From: Kofleriaceae bacterium
GTDB lineage: Bacteria; Myxococcota_A; Polyangia; Haliangiales; Haliangiaceae
Direction of reading: 5' to 3'
Length of the DNA stretch: 64,000 nt
NCBI GenBank assembly: GCA_046597055.1
Contig: JBKJLC010000113.1
Location: 19,684 to 83,683 of the forward strand
Below are positions 11,783-22,503 of the stretch, piece after piece. Numbering within the stretch: position 1 is the stretch's first letter; every line of letters begins with the position of its first letter. A program made the position numbers and the translations under genes. A model generated the notes under the pieces. That model did not search any database. It saw nothing but the letters and a program-made list of their open reading frames with translations, and was not told the origin of the DNA.

Positions 11783-12745
11783 TCAGCGGTGCTTGACGGC
11801 GAGCGCGTCCTCGGCCAGCTCCTCGAACGACATCTGCTGGGTGCGCGCGAGCTCGGCATCGCTGAACAGCCGCTTGGCCGCCCGCGGATCGGCGCCCAGC
11901 GCGCGCAGGAAGACCCGCCCGAACACCGGGCCGATCACCGGCCGGTTGTAGAGGTCCTGGACGCCGATCATGAACCGGTTGAACGGCAGCCGGGCCACGG
12001 TCGGCTTGCGGGTCACGAGCTGCAGGCGCTTGAACGCCTCGGCCACCCGCTTGCCGCTGGGGTCGGTCCGGTCCATCGGCTCGAGGAACACGCCGCGCAG
12101 GAACGGCTGCGCATGCCACAACATCCGGGCGAGCGCCGCGCCACCGCGGACCTGGTCGGCGATCGGCGCGGCCGGCCGGCGCTTGCGCTCGGCCCGGAAC
12201 TGGTCGGACGCGTAGACCTCGGTCATGTGGAAGTCGATCGCGATGTGGCGTGACTCGTCGCGGTTGATGAGGTGCATCGCGCGATGGCTCATCTCGTCGC
12301 CGACGTAGTCGTCGAGCGAGCGCAGCAGCGCGACGTCGAGCATCAGCTCGCCGGCGGTGATGTACGCGTTGGCGATCTCGGGCGACGCCAGCTCGATGAC
12401 CCGCAGGAAGTGGGGCCGGAACTTCACCAGCGCCGGGTGCAGCGTGTACGTGCGCCAGCGGTGGACGTCGTAGTGGCGGGCCAGGCGGTCGGCGGCGACC
12501 GCGTGGCGCTCCTCGTCGACGACGAAGCTGTCGAAGATCGCGCGCAGGGTCGGGTCCTCGGTCTTGCGCGCCTGGGCCGCGAACAGCGCGCCGGCCAGCC
12601 GCTCGATGCCGGCCATGTCGGTGAAGCACTGGACGATCGCCTGCTCCTTGTCGCGCGTCATCGCCGGCGGCGGCAGGCTCCAGTCGAGGTCGTCGACCGA
12701 CCACTGATCGCGCACACACTTGTCGAGCATCCGCGCCAGCTGCAT
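11783..12745 (-). CDS. Ferritin-like diiron protein
   Basis: Paired ExxH motifs DEERH and DESRH with upstream Glu (GIER, AGEL), QWSVDDLDW start. Confidence 0.85.
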   Translation of the reverse strand: MQLARMLDKCVRDQWSVDDLDWSLPPPAMTRDKEQAIVQCFTDMAGIERLAGALFAAQARKTEDPTLRAIFDSFVVDEERHAVAADRLARHYDVHRWRTYTLHPALVKFRPHFLRVIELASPEIANAYITAGELMLDVALLRSLDDYVGDEMSHRAMHLINRDESRHIAIDFHMTEVYASDQFRAERKRRPAAPIADQVRGGAALARMLWHAQPFLRGVFLEPMDRTDPSGKRVAEAFKRLQLVTRKPTVARLPFNRFMIGVQDLYNRPVIGPVFGRVFLRALGADPRAAKRLFSDAELARTQQMSFEELAEDALAVKHR

Positions 12746-12765
12746 GCCTGCAGTCTACGCTCCGA

Positions 12766-14325
<1,560 letters not shown>

Positions 14326-14391
14326 GAGGGGATCCGGCAATCTAGCCCGAAGCCGGACTTCCGTCGATGGGTAGGATCATGAGCGCGGGTG

Positions 14392-15015
14392 CTAGCGGCG
14401 GCAGGTCGGCATGGTGTCCGTGCGCGCATGCCGCCACGTGTCGCGCTGCTCGACCCAGTAGTCGGTGCACTGATGCGTGATCCGGTGCGCCTGGGCGGCG
14501 GCGCCGCGGTCGTCGCATGGGAAGGTGGTGATCAGCACGTCGCCCTGGCCGTCACCGTCGTCGTCGACGATGTGCGAGAGCAGCTCACCCGCGCGGCCCG
14601 CCGGCGGCTCCTGCGAGGTCGGCAGGGTCCGGCCGTTCTCGGCGATCGGGTGATCGAGCACCAGCACCGCGTTATAGCTGTAGTCGCGGCTGGTCAGGCC
14701 GCTGTTGTCGATCGAGATGTTCCACGCGGTGGTGGTGCCGCAGGCGTCGGTGCTCGGGGTGACTGCCACGATCTGGGCCTGACCGTAGGCGCCCTCGGCA
14801 TCGACCACCCAGCCGACGTCGCCGACCTTGACCTCGCGACTGCACGCCCCCACGTCGATGTCGTAGAGCTGGCACAGCCGCAGGCGGGTCGACGCCTGGG
14901 GCGCGCTCCGCTGGACCCGGACCACCTTGCCGCTCCGCCGCGGGGCGGCGTCGCCGGCGGGGACCGCACCGGCCAGCAGCGCAGTCACGGCCAGGCCGGC
15001 GGCCACGGGGCGCAT
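14392..15015 (-). CDS. Secreted hypothetical protein with Cys pairs and Ca-binding-like DDDGDGQGD
   Basis: Signal peptide MRPVAAGLAVTALLAGA, TATCAT 7 nt upstream. Confidence 0.7.
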   Translation of the reverse strand: MRPVAAGLAVTALLAGAVPAGDAAPRRSGKVVRVQRSAPQASTRLRLCQLYDIDVGACSREVKVGDVGWVVDAEGAYGQAQIVAVTPSTDACGTTTAWNISIDNSGLTSRDYSYNAVLVLDHPIAENGRTLPTSQEPPAGRAGELLSHIVDDDGDGQGDVLITTFPCDDRGAAAQAHRITHQCTDYWVEQRDTWRHARTDTMPTCRR

Positions 15016-15230
15016 CTCGCTCATGATACCCGCGCGCCGACCGCCTCGCCAGGCTGGGCTTTGACCCGGGTTTCAGCGCGGCGACCGCGATCGCCAGCAT
15101 GCCGACCGCCTCGCGCACCGAGACGAACCGGGTCCGGGTATCGACATCCCCGAGTATTTTCCGGCCGTGCACCGCGTTCGAGGTCGCGTCGACGAGCCAC
15201 CGAGAACGCCGTGCACTAGGGTAGACGTCG

Positions 15231-17078
15231 ATGACCGCTCCCGGGCTTCGTTACACCGTGGACCTCCCCGAGCCGGAGACTCACCTCGTCCAGGTCGAGG
15301 TGCGGATCCCGTGCGAGGGCCTCACCGCTCCGGTCCGCCTCACCATGCCGGCGTGGTGTCCCGGCTCCTACCTGCTGCGCGACTATGCGCGCTTCGTGCG
15401 CGACCTCACCGCGCGCGGCGACGACGGGGCCCCGCGCCCGGCCCGCAAGGTCGACAAGTCGACCTGGGAGATCGACGCGGGCGGGGCCGAGGCGCTGGTC
15501 GTCACCTACGCCGTCTACGGTCACGAGCTGACGGTACGCACCAACCACGTCGACGGCACCCACGGGTTCCTCCACGGCGCGGCCACGTTCGCGTACGTCG
15601 AGGCGCTCCGCCACCGGCCGGTCGCGCTGACCGTGCGCCCGCCCGCGGGACGCGACTGGCGGCTCGCGTGCGGGCTCGCCGGCGGCGCGCTGGGCCCGGC
15701 GCAACCCGAATACGCGCTGACCGCAGCCGGCGTCGACGAGCTGCTCGATGCCCCGGTGCACCTCGGCCACGTCGAGGAGGCGCGGTTCACGGTCGCCGGC
15801 GTGCCGTTCGAGCTGGCGATCTGGGGCGCCCGCGCCGGCGGCGGCCTGTACACCGTCGAGCGCCTGGTCACCGACCTCGGCGCGATCGCGCTCGATCACG
15901 CCCGCCGGATCGCGGGCGACGCCGCGCTCGCGACGCCGGCGATGCCGTTTCCCCGCTACACGTTCCTGCTCATGCTGTCGCACGACGCGTATGGCGGTCT
16001 CGAGCACCGCGCGTCGTCGGCCAACCTGCACAACCCGCAGTGCCTGGCCAACCGCAAGCAGTACGAGGGCCTGCTCGAGCTGCTGTCGCACGAGCTGTTC
16101 CACGCCTGGAACGGCAAGCGCATCGCGCCGGCCGCGCTGCTCGACGTCGACTACAGCCGCGAGGCCTACACCCGCTGCCTGTGGGTCATGGAGGGGCTGA
16201 CCAGCCACTACGACCGGCTCGCGCTGCGGTCGGCCAAGGTCGTCACCGCGCGCAGCTTCTTCGACAAGGTGCTCGACGACTGGAGCCGGCTGATGGCGGT
16301 GCCCGGGCGCCACCGGCACAGCCTCGAGGACAGCTCGTTCGACGCCTGGATCAAGCTCTACAAGCCCGACGAGTCGAACCTCAACACGTCGGTCAGCTAC
16401 TACCTGAAGGGCGGCCTGTGCGCGCTCGCGCTCGACCTCGAGATCCGGCGGCGGACCGAGGGCGCCCGCTCGCTCGACGACTGCCTGCGTGCGCTCTGGG
16501 TGCGCTTCGGGGCCGCGGGCCGGCCGCATCCCGAGGACGTCGAGCCGGTGTTCACCGAGGCGACCGGCCTCGACCTGGGCGAGTTCTTCGCGCGCCACGT
16601 GCGTGGCACCGAGGACCCTCGGTTCGCCGAGGAGCTCATCCACCTCGGGCTCGAGCTGCGCGCGGGTCCGGATCCGGCCCAGGTCGCCGACGGCGCCACC
16701 GCGGTCTGGCTGGGTGCGACCACCAGCGGGGCCCGGGTGACCGGCGTCCTCGACGGCTCGCCGGCCGCGGTCGCCGGCCTCGCCCCCGGCGACGAGCTGT
16801 GCGCGCTCGATCGGTTCCGGATCGCCAGCGACGGCGACGCCCGCGCCCTGGTCGCCGGGCACCGCCCCGGTGACACGGTCGAGCTGGCGGTGTTCCGCCG
16901 CGGTCGTCTCGAGCTCCTCAACGCCACGATCGGCGCGGTCCCGGCCACCCGGTACGAGATCATCGCGGTCGCCGCGCCCACGGTCGAGCAGGCGGCCCGC
17001 TACCAGGCGTGGATCGGGGATGACCTCGCACCCGGCCACAGCCTGGCGACCGTGACCACCACGACCCGCTGGGTTTGA
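15231..17078 (+). CDS. M61 family (glycyl aminopeptidase) metallopeptidase with PDZ domain
   Basis: MPAWCPGSYL, GGLEH, HELFHAWN zinc motif, EGLTSHY, SYYLKG, C-terminal GSPAAVAGLAPGDEL. Confidence 0.93.
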   Translation: MTAPGLRYTVDLPEPETHLVQVEVRIPCEGLTAPVRLTMPAWCPGSYLLRDYARFVRDLTARGDDGAPRPARKVDKSTWEIDAGGAEALVVTYAVYGHELTVRTNHVDGTHGFLHGAATFAYVEALRHRPVALTVRPPAGRDWRLACGLAGGALGPAQPEYALTAAGVDELLDAPVHLGHVEEARFTVAGVPFELAIWGARAGGGLYTVERLVTDLGAIALDHARRIAGDAALATPAMPFPRYTFLLMLSHDAYGGLEHRASSANLHNPQCLANRKQYEGLLELLSHELFHAWNGKRIAPAALLDVDYSREAYTRCLWVMEGLTSHYDRLALRSAKVVTARSFFDKVLDDWSRLMAVPGRHRHSLEDSSFDAWIKLYKPDESNLNTSVSYYLKGGLCALALDLEIRRRTEGARSLDDCLRALWVRFGAAGRPHPEDVEPVFTEATGLDLGEFFARHVRGTEDPRFAEELIHLGLELRAGPDPAQVADGATAVWLGATTSGARVTGVLDGSPAAVAGLAPGDELCALDRFRIASDGDARALVAGHRPGDTVELAVFRRGRLELLNATIGAVPATRYEIIAVAAPTVEQAARYQAWIGDDLAPGHSLATVTTTTRWV

Positions 17079-17132
17079 TTGCGTCGGATCGTCGCGGTGA
17101 AATCCGGCGCGCGGGTTGCTAGATTAGCGACC

Positions 17133-17834
17133 ATGAGTCGACGAGCCTGGTTCGCGATCGCGGCGTGTGCCGCCCTGACGGCCTGCGGAAAGAAGGAGCC
17201 GTCGGGATTGCCGCCGGCCGAGACCTGGCAGGCGCCCGTCCCGCCGGGGAGCAACGCCGCCGGCGGCGGCGCGCCCACCGGTCCGCCCGCGGGCGGCGCG
17301 GCCTCCAACCCGCATGCGGGCATCCCCGGGGCACCGCCCCTCGGCGGTGGGGGCGGCGATCCCCACGCCGGCGTGCCTGGCGCGCCACCGATCGGCGGTG
17401 GTGGTGGCGGTGGCGGCGGGGTCGACGTCGGGCAGCTCGGGCTGCCGCCGCCCGACCGCACCCAGCCGGTCGATCCCCGAAAGTTCCTCGAGGGCACGAT
17501 CGTGCTCGCCAAGGACAAGGTCGCGCGGGTGCCGGCCGGGTCGGCGGTCTTCATCAGCGTCCGCAAGATCGATCCCACCAGCGGGCAGGGCGCCGGCGCG
17601 CCGATCGCGGTCGACAAGCTGGTCGCGACCGGGACCTGGCCGCTGCCGTTCCGGCTGACCGAGGCGCAGGCGATGATCGGCGGCACCGGCTTCGCCGGCG
17701 ACGTCATGATCATGGCCCGGTTCGATCAGGACAGCGACGCCATGTCCAAGCAGCCTGGCGACATCATGGGCATGGTCAAGGCGACCATCCCGGCCAAGGG
17801 CCTGACGCTCGACCTCGCGACCGTGCTGCCGTAG
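17133..17834 (+). CDS. Lipoprotein with Pro/Gly linker and CcmI/CycH C-terminal-like domain
   Basis: Lipobox LTAC, NPHAG/DPHAG repeats, AVFISVR..PIAV..WPLPFRL..AMI..ARFD..GDIMG. Confidence 0.7.
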   Translation: MSRRAWFAIAACAALTACGKKEPSGLPPAETWQAPVPPGSNAAGGGAPTGPPAGGAASNPHAGIPGAPPLGGGGGDPHAGVPGAPPIGGGGGGGGGVDVGQLGLPPPDRTQPVDPRKFLEGTIVLAKDKVARVPAGSAVFISVRKIDPTSGQGAGAPIAVDKLVATGTWPLPFRLTEAQAMIGGTGFAGDVMIMARFDQDSDAMSKQPGDIMGMVKATIPAKGLTLDLATVLP

Positions 17835-17855
17835 CCGCGGGCGTGACCGCCGCGG

Positions 17856-18506
17856 TCAGCCGATGGTCATGTCGCGCAGATGCGCGGTGTCGTTGATCGA
17901 GACGATCCGCCAGCGCGCGCTCTTGTGCTCGAACTGCGAGATCGAGCAGTTGTCGACGAGCACGAACACCGGCATGTCGCCGTGGGGGACGCCCAGGCCG
18001 CACACGTACGCGAACGCGTGGAACAGCGCGAGCCCGTGGCTGACTACCGCGATCCGCTTGCCGGCGTGGTCGGTCACGATCTTGTCGATCGCGGCCGCGA
18101 CCCGGGCGTAGACCTGCTCGGGCAGCTCGCCGCCCTCGGGCACGGCCGAGGCGTCGCGCGAGGCCAGCCGCTTCCAGACGTCGGGGTGTAGCGCCTCGGC
18201 CTCGGCGAACGACAGGCCGTCGAACACGCCGAGGCTGCGCTCGCGCAGGCCCGGCTCGAGCACTGGCTCGAGGCCGAGCATGCTCGCGATCGGCGCCGCG
18301 GTCTCGCGGGCCCGCAGGATGTCGCTGGTCACCAGCACGGTCGGCTCGCGGCGGCGCACCTCAGCCGCGGTGGTGATCGCCTGCTGGCGGCCCAGCTCGG
18401 TCAGCGGCGCGGGGCTCCAGCCCCCGAAGCGGCCGTCGCGGTTCGACTCCGCCTCGCCATGACGCACCAGGAACAGCACCGTACGCTCGCTCGGCTCGGC
18501 AGACAC
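17856..18506 (-). CDS. Histidine phosphatase (phosphoglycerate mutase) family protein
   Basis: LVRHGE, SDILRARETA, LRERSLG, VVSHG, NCSIS. Confidence 0.92.
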   Translation of the reverse strand: MSAEPSERTVLFLVRHGEAESNRDGRFGGWSPAPLTELGRQQAITTAAEVRRREPTVLVTSDILRARETAAPIASMLGLEPVLEPGLRERSLGVFDGLSFAEAEALHPDVWKRLASRDASAVPEGGELPEQVYARVAAAIDKIVTDHAGKRIAVVSHGLALFHAFAYVCGLGVPHGDMPVFVLVDNCSISQFEHKSARWRIVSINDTAHLRDMTIG

Positions 18507-18530
18507 ACCTCATGGTATAAGCGCGCCGCC

Positions 18531-18788
18531 ATGCCTGACTACTCGAAGATCCACGACCTTATCAGCCACCGGATCACCCTCGAGTACGACACCGGCGCGA
18601 GGGTGGTCGGCATGCTGGCATCGTGTCAGCCCTCGTCGGGACCGGTCGAGTTCGTCGTGCTCCACGACGCCAAGCTCATCGGCTCCAGCGGCAAGCTCAT
18701 CCGCGAGCTGCCCGAGGTGACGCTGTCGCCCAACGTCACGACCGGGGTCGCGCTCGCCGAAGGCCCGATGGGCCGCAACGTCAGATAG
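18531..18788 (+). CDS. Small protein with Sm/LSm-like pattern
   Basis: 85 aa; LISHRITLEYDTGARVVGML..FVVLHDA..EVTLSPNVTTGV resembles Sm1/Sm2 motifs. Confidence 0.6.
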   Translation: MPDYSKIHDLISHRITLEYDTGARVVGMLASCQPSSGPVEFVVLHDAKLIGSSGKLIRELPEVTLSPNVTTGVALAEGPMGRNVR

Positions 18789-19263
18789 CGGGCGTCAGCC
18801 CGAGGCTGCCGCCGTACTCGGCGACCAGCGCGTCATCGACCAGATCGGCGTGGTCCTGGACCCGGTTGATGAGGTCCAGCACCTCGCTGCGATCGAGGTC
18901 GAGCGTCGACCGCTCGGTCACCAGCAGGACCTGGTCGCCGTCGACGGCGAAGCCCATGCCGCACAGCGCGAGGTTGCGGGCCAGCAGCTCGGTGTGCAGC
19001 GAGGCCCGCCGCAGCGGGTCCATGCCGGCCGGGGTGCGCATCACGGTGGAGGCGACCCGGAGGTGGGGATGATCGGGGCGATCGAGCAGCCGGATCGACA
19101 CGTGGGCCGATCCCTTGATGATTTGCCACGACCGGCGAGCCTCGGGCTCCTCGGTGCGGCAGTCGTTCACGAAGTAACCCAGGGCGATCAGGACGTCCTC
19201 GACCATCGTGATGGTCGACATGGTGTTGATCTCTCGCGAGTTGTCGAACAAGGAGAGGCCCAT
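18781..19263 (-). CDS. YbjN/CesT-like (type III chaperone fold) protein
   Basis: WQIIKGSAHVSI, ELLARN, FAVDGD, RSTLDLD, ADLVDDALVAEYG. Confidence 0.75.
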   Translation of the reverse strand: MGLSLFDNSREINTMSTITMVEDVLIALGYFVNDCRTEEPEARRSWQIIKGSAHVSIRLLDRPDHPHLRVASTVMRTPAGMDPLRRASLHTELLARNLALCGMGFAVDGDQVLLVTERSTLDLDRSEVLDLINRVQDHADLVDDALVAEYGGSLGLTPAI

Positions 19264-19334
19264 CGGAGAGGAGCGTAGCAAGAAGGACGACGTCCGGGTG
19301 CGCACTGACGGGGGTGGTGACAGGATGGGGCGAC

Positions 19335-22124
19335 GTGAGCGATCCGGAGGATGCCGGGGTGGAGGATGGCGCGGAGACCGGCGGTGGCGGTGGGGCGGGT
19401 GCGGGTGGGCGTGCGGGACGGGGCGTGGGAGATCGAGAGGGAGCGGGAGAAGGAGACCGAGCGGGAAATGGAACCTGCGAGCGGACGGGCGATGGGGAGC
19501 GTGTGGGTGGAGGCGGCGGAGCTGGGCGGCGGGGGCGGCGCTGGCTGATCGGGGTCGGCGTGGTGGTGCTGGTGGTGCTCGGGGCGCTCACCGTGTGGAT
19601 CGCGACCCGGCCGGGCGTGCGGGTCGCGGGGGAGGGCGCACGCGATGCCGGGCCGCCGGGGCCGCTGCTGCCGCGATCGATCCCGACCTTGCCGTCGCCG
19701 ACGCGGGGCACCGGGAGCGAGCGGTTGGTCGGGATCGTCGTCGATGGAGCCGGCGATCCGGTGGGCGCGATCGCGGTCACCGCGGTGCTCGAGCTGCCGG
19801 CCGGGGATCGCGCGCTGGCCGACCCCGACGCCGGGGTCGGGTCGGCGGTGGTCGCGATCACCGGCGGCGACGGCCGCTTCGCGCTCGAGGGGCTGGTGCC
19901 CGGCCGCCACCACTTGACCCTCGACGGGACCAGCGTGTTCACCGCCGAGGTCCGGTTCGTGCCGGTGCCCTCGGACGAGTTGCGGCTCGTGGTCGCGCGC
20001 CGGGTCTCGGTGGTCGGCGAGGTCCTCGATCAGGGTCGGCCGGTCGCCGGCGCCACCGTGGCACTCGACAGCGACACGGTGTCCGGAACCCGGACGACCA
20101 GCAGCGGCGCCGACGGCACCTTCGCCTTCACCGAGCTGCCCGAGGGTAACTACCGGGTGTGGGCGTGGAAGGGCGATCTGGCCGCGCGGGCCCAGGCGGT
20201 GCCGCGGCTGGGCAAGGGACCGTTCCACGACGTCACCGTCATCGTCGAGCCGGCCGCGATCGTGGTTGGCCGCGTGGTCGACCGCCAGACCGGCGGCGGC
20301 GTGGCCGCAGCGGTGGTGCTGACCCCGATCGCCAGCGATCTGATGGGCGACGAGGCGCCGCGCTACGCGCGCACGTCGAGCGACGGCGTGTTCCGGGTCG
20401 AGGGCGTGCCCCACGGCCGCTGGACCGCCGACGCGTGGGCGCCGGGGTGGATCACGATCAGCAGCGTCGACTTCGCGGCCGGGCGCGGGCGCCCCGAGGT
20501 CGAGGTGGTCCCGGGTGGGATCGTCGAAGGCCGGGTGGTCGACGCCGCCGGCCGGCCGGTCGCCGGCGTGGTGGTGTCGGCGCGCGAGGACACGCGGGGC
20601 GGCGGCCGGGAGGTCTCGGCGGCCGGCGACGACGACCGGCTGCGCCGGTACTCGGGCCAGGGGATCCGCGGGGCCGACCCGGCCGGCGGTGCCGGGGCGT
20701 TCGCGGGGGCGAGCATCGCCGATGCCCGCTACCTGCCGCGCGGCGAGCTCGGCGTGCTGCTCGGGCCGATCCCGTATCCGCCGCCGCCGGGCGCCGCGCG
20801 GACCCAGCAGACCGTGATCGTCCCCGACGACGACGCCGAGGTCGCGCCCGCCCCCGGCGCGCCGGCCGCGCCGTCGGCGACGCCCTCGAGCCCGGTCCCG
20901 GTCGATCCCGCGTACGCGGCCACCTGGGTCACCGGCGACGACGGCGCCTTCCGCGTCACCGGGATCCCGGCCGGCACCTTCTGGATCGTCGCCGAGGCCT
21001 CCGGGTACGCCGTGGCGCGCTCCAGGCCACTGCCGCTCACGCTCGGTCAGGTGGTCGCGGGCGTCGAGATCCGGCTGGCCCAGGGCCGGTACGTCGCCGG
21101 GACCGTGCGCAACCAGCGCGGCGAGCCGGTGCCGGGCGCGATCCTCACCTTCGTGCCCGACGGGGGCCCCGAGCGGGTCGGCGTGGTCGAAGGCGTGAGC
21201 GACGCCGACGGCCACTACCGGGCCGGTCCGCTGGCGGGCACGGTGCGGGTCCGGGTGATCGCCTACGGCCACGGCGACGTCGAGCAGGCGCTCGACCTGG
21301 CGCCGCTGCCAGGCGAGCACGGGTCCGACGACCGGACGCTCGACCTCACCCTGGTGGTCGCCGACGCCAGCCTGGCCGGCGCGGTCGAAGATCCGTCAGG
21401 GCTGCCGATCAAGGACGCCCGGATCGTGGTCGAGGCGGGCCCGGCCGATGGCCGCACGGCGGCCACCGGCGATGGCGGCCGCTTCACGCTCGGCATGCTG
21501 CCGGCCGGCGCCTTGACCGTCCGCATCGAGCACCCCGACTACCCGCCCCAGCGGTTCCGCGCCGAGACCGGCGAGGACCGCCGTCTGCGCCTGGCCTACG
21601 GCGGTGGCTTCGAGGTCGTGGTGTTCGATCACCACACCGGCCAGAACCTGGCCGGGGTCGCGGTCACCGCGCGGGGCCCGGCGGCGGCGGTCCGCCCGCG
21701 CCGCGACGTCTCGACCGATGCCGGCGGGCGCCTGACCCTGACCCCGATCGACGCCGGCCGCTGGACCCTCGCCGTCGAGGTCCCTGGCTACGTCCGCCGC
21801 TCGCTCGCGATCGACGTGCCCGCCGGCGACCGGCCCGCGCAGGTGACCGCGCGCGACCTCCGCCTCGAGCTCGAGCGCGGCGCCCTGATCGCCGGCCTGG
21901 TCCGCGACCGCCAAGGCAACCGGGTCGCGGGCGCCAAGGTCGTGGTCCGCCGCGGCGACGACGAGCTCACGACCAACACCGACGCCGAGGGCGAATACCG
22001 CCTGCGCGACGTCCCCACCGGTCCGGTCGAGGTCACCGCCCGCAAGCAGGGCGCTGCAGCCCGCACCAGCTTCGAGCTCCGCCCCGGCGACGAGCGGCTC
22101 GCGGTCGAGCTGACGATCGACTGA
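19335..22124 (+). CDS. Membrane-anchored carboxypeptidase-regulatory-like repeat protein
   Basis: Single TM helix, then about 8 repeats of GxVxDxxGxPVxGAxV..TxxDGxF. Start uncertain (19314-19335). Confidence 0.85.
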   Translation: MSDPEDAGVEDGAETGGGGGAGAGGRAGRGVGDREGAGEGDRAGNGTCERTGDGERVGGGGGAGRRGRRWLIGVGVVVLVVLGALTVWIATRPGVRVAGEGARDAGPPGPLLPRSIPTLPSPTRGTGSERLVGIVVDGAGDPVGAIAVTAVLELPAGDRALADPDAGVGSAVVAITGGDGRFALEGLVPGRHHLTLDGTSVFTAEVRFVPVPSDELRLVVARRVSVVGEVLDQGRPVAGATVALDSDTVSGTRTTSSGADGTFAFTELPEGNYRVWAWKGDLAARAQAVPRLGKGPFHDVTVIVEPAAIVVGRVVDRQTGGGVAAAVVLTPIASDLMGDEAPRYARTSSDGVFRVEGVPHGRWTADAWAPGWITISSVDFAAGRGRPEVEVVPGGIVEGRVVDAAGRPVAGVVVSAREDTRGGGREVSAAGDDDRLRRYSGQGIRGADPAGGAGAFAGASIADARYLPRGELGVLLGPIPYPPPPGAARTQQTVIVPDDDAEVAPAPGAPAAPSATPSSPVPVDPAYAATWVTGDDGAFRVTGIPAGTFWIVAEASGYAVARSRPLPLTLGQVVAGVEIRLAQGRYVAGTVRNQRGEPVPGAILTFVPDGGPERVGVVEGVSDADGHYRAGPLAGTVRVRVIAYGHGDVEQALDLAPLPGEHGSDDRTLDLTLVVADASLAGAVEDPSGLPIKDARIVVEAGPADGRTAATGDGGRFTLGMLPAGALTVRIEHPDYPPQRFRAETGEDRRLRLAYGGGFEVVVFDHHTGQNLAGVAVTARGPAAAVRPRRDVSTDAGGRLTLTPIDAGRWTLAVEVPGYVRRSLAIDVPAGDRPAQVTARDLRLELERGALIAGLVRDRQGNRVAGAKVVVRRGDDELTTNTDAEGEYRLRDVPTGPVEVTARKQGAAARTSFELRPGDERLAVELTID

Positions 22125-22208
22125 TCTCCCGCGGCCGCCACCGGGCACGCGCCGGCATCGGCGCAGTCCTCAGGATCCCGCACATCTTTTCCGGTGTCCC
22201 CGCGCGAA

Positions 22209-22420
22209 GGGCTCGTTGCGAGCCCGGAGTCGAAGGGCCAGCCCGTCGAGGCGCGCGGGCCACCACCCTGGGCCTCTGCCCTTCGACTTCGCGCTGCGTA
22301 CTTCGCTCAGGCACCTCGGAAAGGTGAGCGCTTTCGATCACATCGAGAGATGTGATCAATCCTGAGCGCCGTCCTTCGACACCGAGCTCGCTCTCGCTCG
22401 CTCGGGCTCAGGACGAACGG
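22209..22420. repeat. Nested palindromic REP-like element between convergent genes
   Basis: Inverted repeats agtcgaagggc/gcccttcgact, cgctcagg/cctgagcg, gatcacatc/gatgtgatc, gggctcg/cgagccc, ccgagc/gctcgg. Confidence 0.65.
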
Positions 22421-22503
22421 TGGGGGAGCGGCCGCACCCTGCCGCTGCCGCTGCCGCCCCGCTCGCCCGACCTCACCCCGCGCGTCCCGTCCGTCGCGAA
22501 ACG

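Noticed and set aside
22336..22357. CRP-like site in gatcacatcgagagatgtgatc
   Set aside because: Half-sites are in the wrong order and spacing (TCACA-N8-TGTGA) and lie between convergent genes.
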